Assembly: GCA_964510585.1 (NCBI GenBank) | Contig: CAZECW010000039.1 | Span: forward strand, 1-15,140 | Origin: an uncultured archaeon | GTDB taxonomy: Archaea > Asgardarchaeota > Jordiarchaeia > Jordiarchaeales > Jordiarchaeaceae | Direction of reading: 5' to 3' | Length of the DNA stretch: 15,140 nucleotides | Part shown: positions 14,240-15,140 of the stretch, piece by piece | How the letters are laid out: the number at the start of each line of letters is the position of its first letter | Position numbering within the stretch: position 1 is the stretch's first letter | Program-made: the position numbers and the translations under genes | The notes under the pieces: generated by a model | Database searches by the model: none | Told to the model about the DNA's origin: nothing | What the model saw: the letters and a program-made list of their open reading frames with translations, nothing else

Positions 14240-15139
14240 TTAGCCATCCTTTTTTCGCCTTTTTTTATTTATTGCTTTTTTCTCGGCTCTCTTCTTTGTT
14301 TTTCTTAGTTCTCTTCTGCATAACTTTAGGAGTCTCTGGATTTCTTTGTCCTGTGAAATTATGTCGCCCATCTGCCTTTTTTTATTGTTGATTAGTTTAA
14401 GGATTAGTTTTGCGTTGTCTTTGCTTTGCTCCGCAATGCTTCCCAGAGCCCAGCTCACCATGTAGTTGAGGGATTCGTTTTCTGAGATGAGGTCCACTAG
14501 TTGTGGAATGTAATTGGAAAAGTCTGCAAATTCTGCCAGGACAACAATGCAGTAAAGTGCAACGTCCTGGACTGGTTTCCTGTAATACTCTGAGTATCCA
14601 CACAGGTCATCATATTCTTGGGTGTATCCGTGGTCGGACAGGGCTAGTTCAACTGTTACCTGTATTATTTCGTCCATTCGGCCTTTTTTCTTCAAAATTT
14701 TTGCACATTTTTCTCTTATATCATTGATTTTCATCCTTGGTAGGGTAACGTAGGGTACATGCATAATATCAATTACCGCCGATGGGTCCTCTGTGGAGTA
14801 TCTAACGATGTTTTTTAGAGTTTCCAGTCTAATAACTGGATCCCCATGTTTTAGTAGTTTGCTGATGCTGTTCCAGTCTTCATTGTTGATGAAGTGTAGG
14901 ACTAGTGAGTCAACAATATACTTTTTAATGTGCCATTCTGGAGATCGTTTTTCAATAATTTCGATGAACTCCCCAATTATCGCTTCGTAGCGCGTCTTAA
15001 GTTCGTTTAGTTCTCGACCCGCCAGTTCAACTATTGTCTCCCTCCCCTCTTCAACGGGCTCGTTGGGATGGGGATATGTTCCCTCAAGGAATGCTTTTCT
15101 AAGTTTACCAAGTGGCTGCGGGACGGTTCCAGGTGTTTC
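14240..15139 (-). CDS. 5'-truncated hypothetical protein, probable HEAT/ARM-like helical repeats with a Lys/Arg-rich C-terminus
   Basis: The frame of ORF 14240..14764 stays open to the window edge (ETPGTVPQPLGKLRKAF...LLKHGDPVIRLETLKNIV...IDIMHVPY), at least 299 aa. HEAT-like LLKHGDPVIRLETL and VSWALGSIAE. Confidence 0.7.
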   Translation of the reverse strand, partial: ETPGTVPQPLGKLRKAFLEGTYPHPNEPVEEGRETIVELAGRELNELKTRYEAIIGEFIEIIEKRSPEWHIKKYIVDSLVLHFINNEDWNSISKLLKHGDPVIRLETLKNIVRYSTEDPSAVIDIMHVPYVTLPRMKINDIREKCAKILKKKGRMDEIIQVTVELALSDHGYTQEYDDLCGYSEYYRKPVQDVALYCIVVLAEFADFSNYIPQLVDLISENESLNYMVSWALGSIAEQSKDNAKLILKLINNKKRQMGDIISQDKEIQRLLKLCRRELRKTKKRAEKKAINKKRRKKDG

Positions 15140-15140
15140 T

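Noticed and set aside
1-15140. tRNA, rRNA, CRISPR array or IS element
   Set aside because: No T-loop/acceptor-stem pattern, no regularly spaced direct repeats, and no transposase motifs or terminal inverted repeats seen.

Overview
Archaeal chromosomal window. The archaeal-type PEP carboxylase and GGTGA/GAGGTG Shine-Dalgarno motifs point to Archaea; a TACK/Asgard-like lineage is only an inference. It is a mosaic of mostly single-gene units. In order: a family 1 glycoside hydrolase (missed by the ORF track because it has no stop inside the window), an intact MBL-fold hydrolase, an MtaA/CmuA-type (URO-D fold) methyltransferase with an altered Zn site, a triple-frameshifted MBL pseudogene, a vapBC-type toxin-antitoxin pair, a flavodoxin-like protein, a CDF metal transporter with three C-terminal domains, an uncharacterised nucleotidyltransferase-fold protein, ppcA, a triple zinc-ribbon protein, a calcineurin-like metallophosphoesterase, a 64-aa zinc finger, YjbQ, and a 5'-truncated helical-repeat protein with a very basic tail. 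I found no rRNA, tRNA, CRISPR array or transposase. The most striking unexplained signal is a switch in synonymous third-codon base use inside single genes, from G/T at the 5' end to A/C at the 3' end, on both strands. All protein assignments rest on motif recognition by eye, with no database searches.
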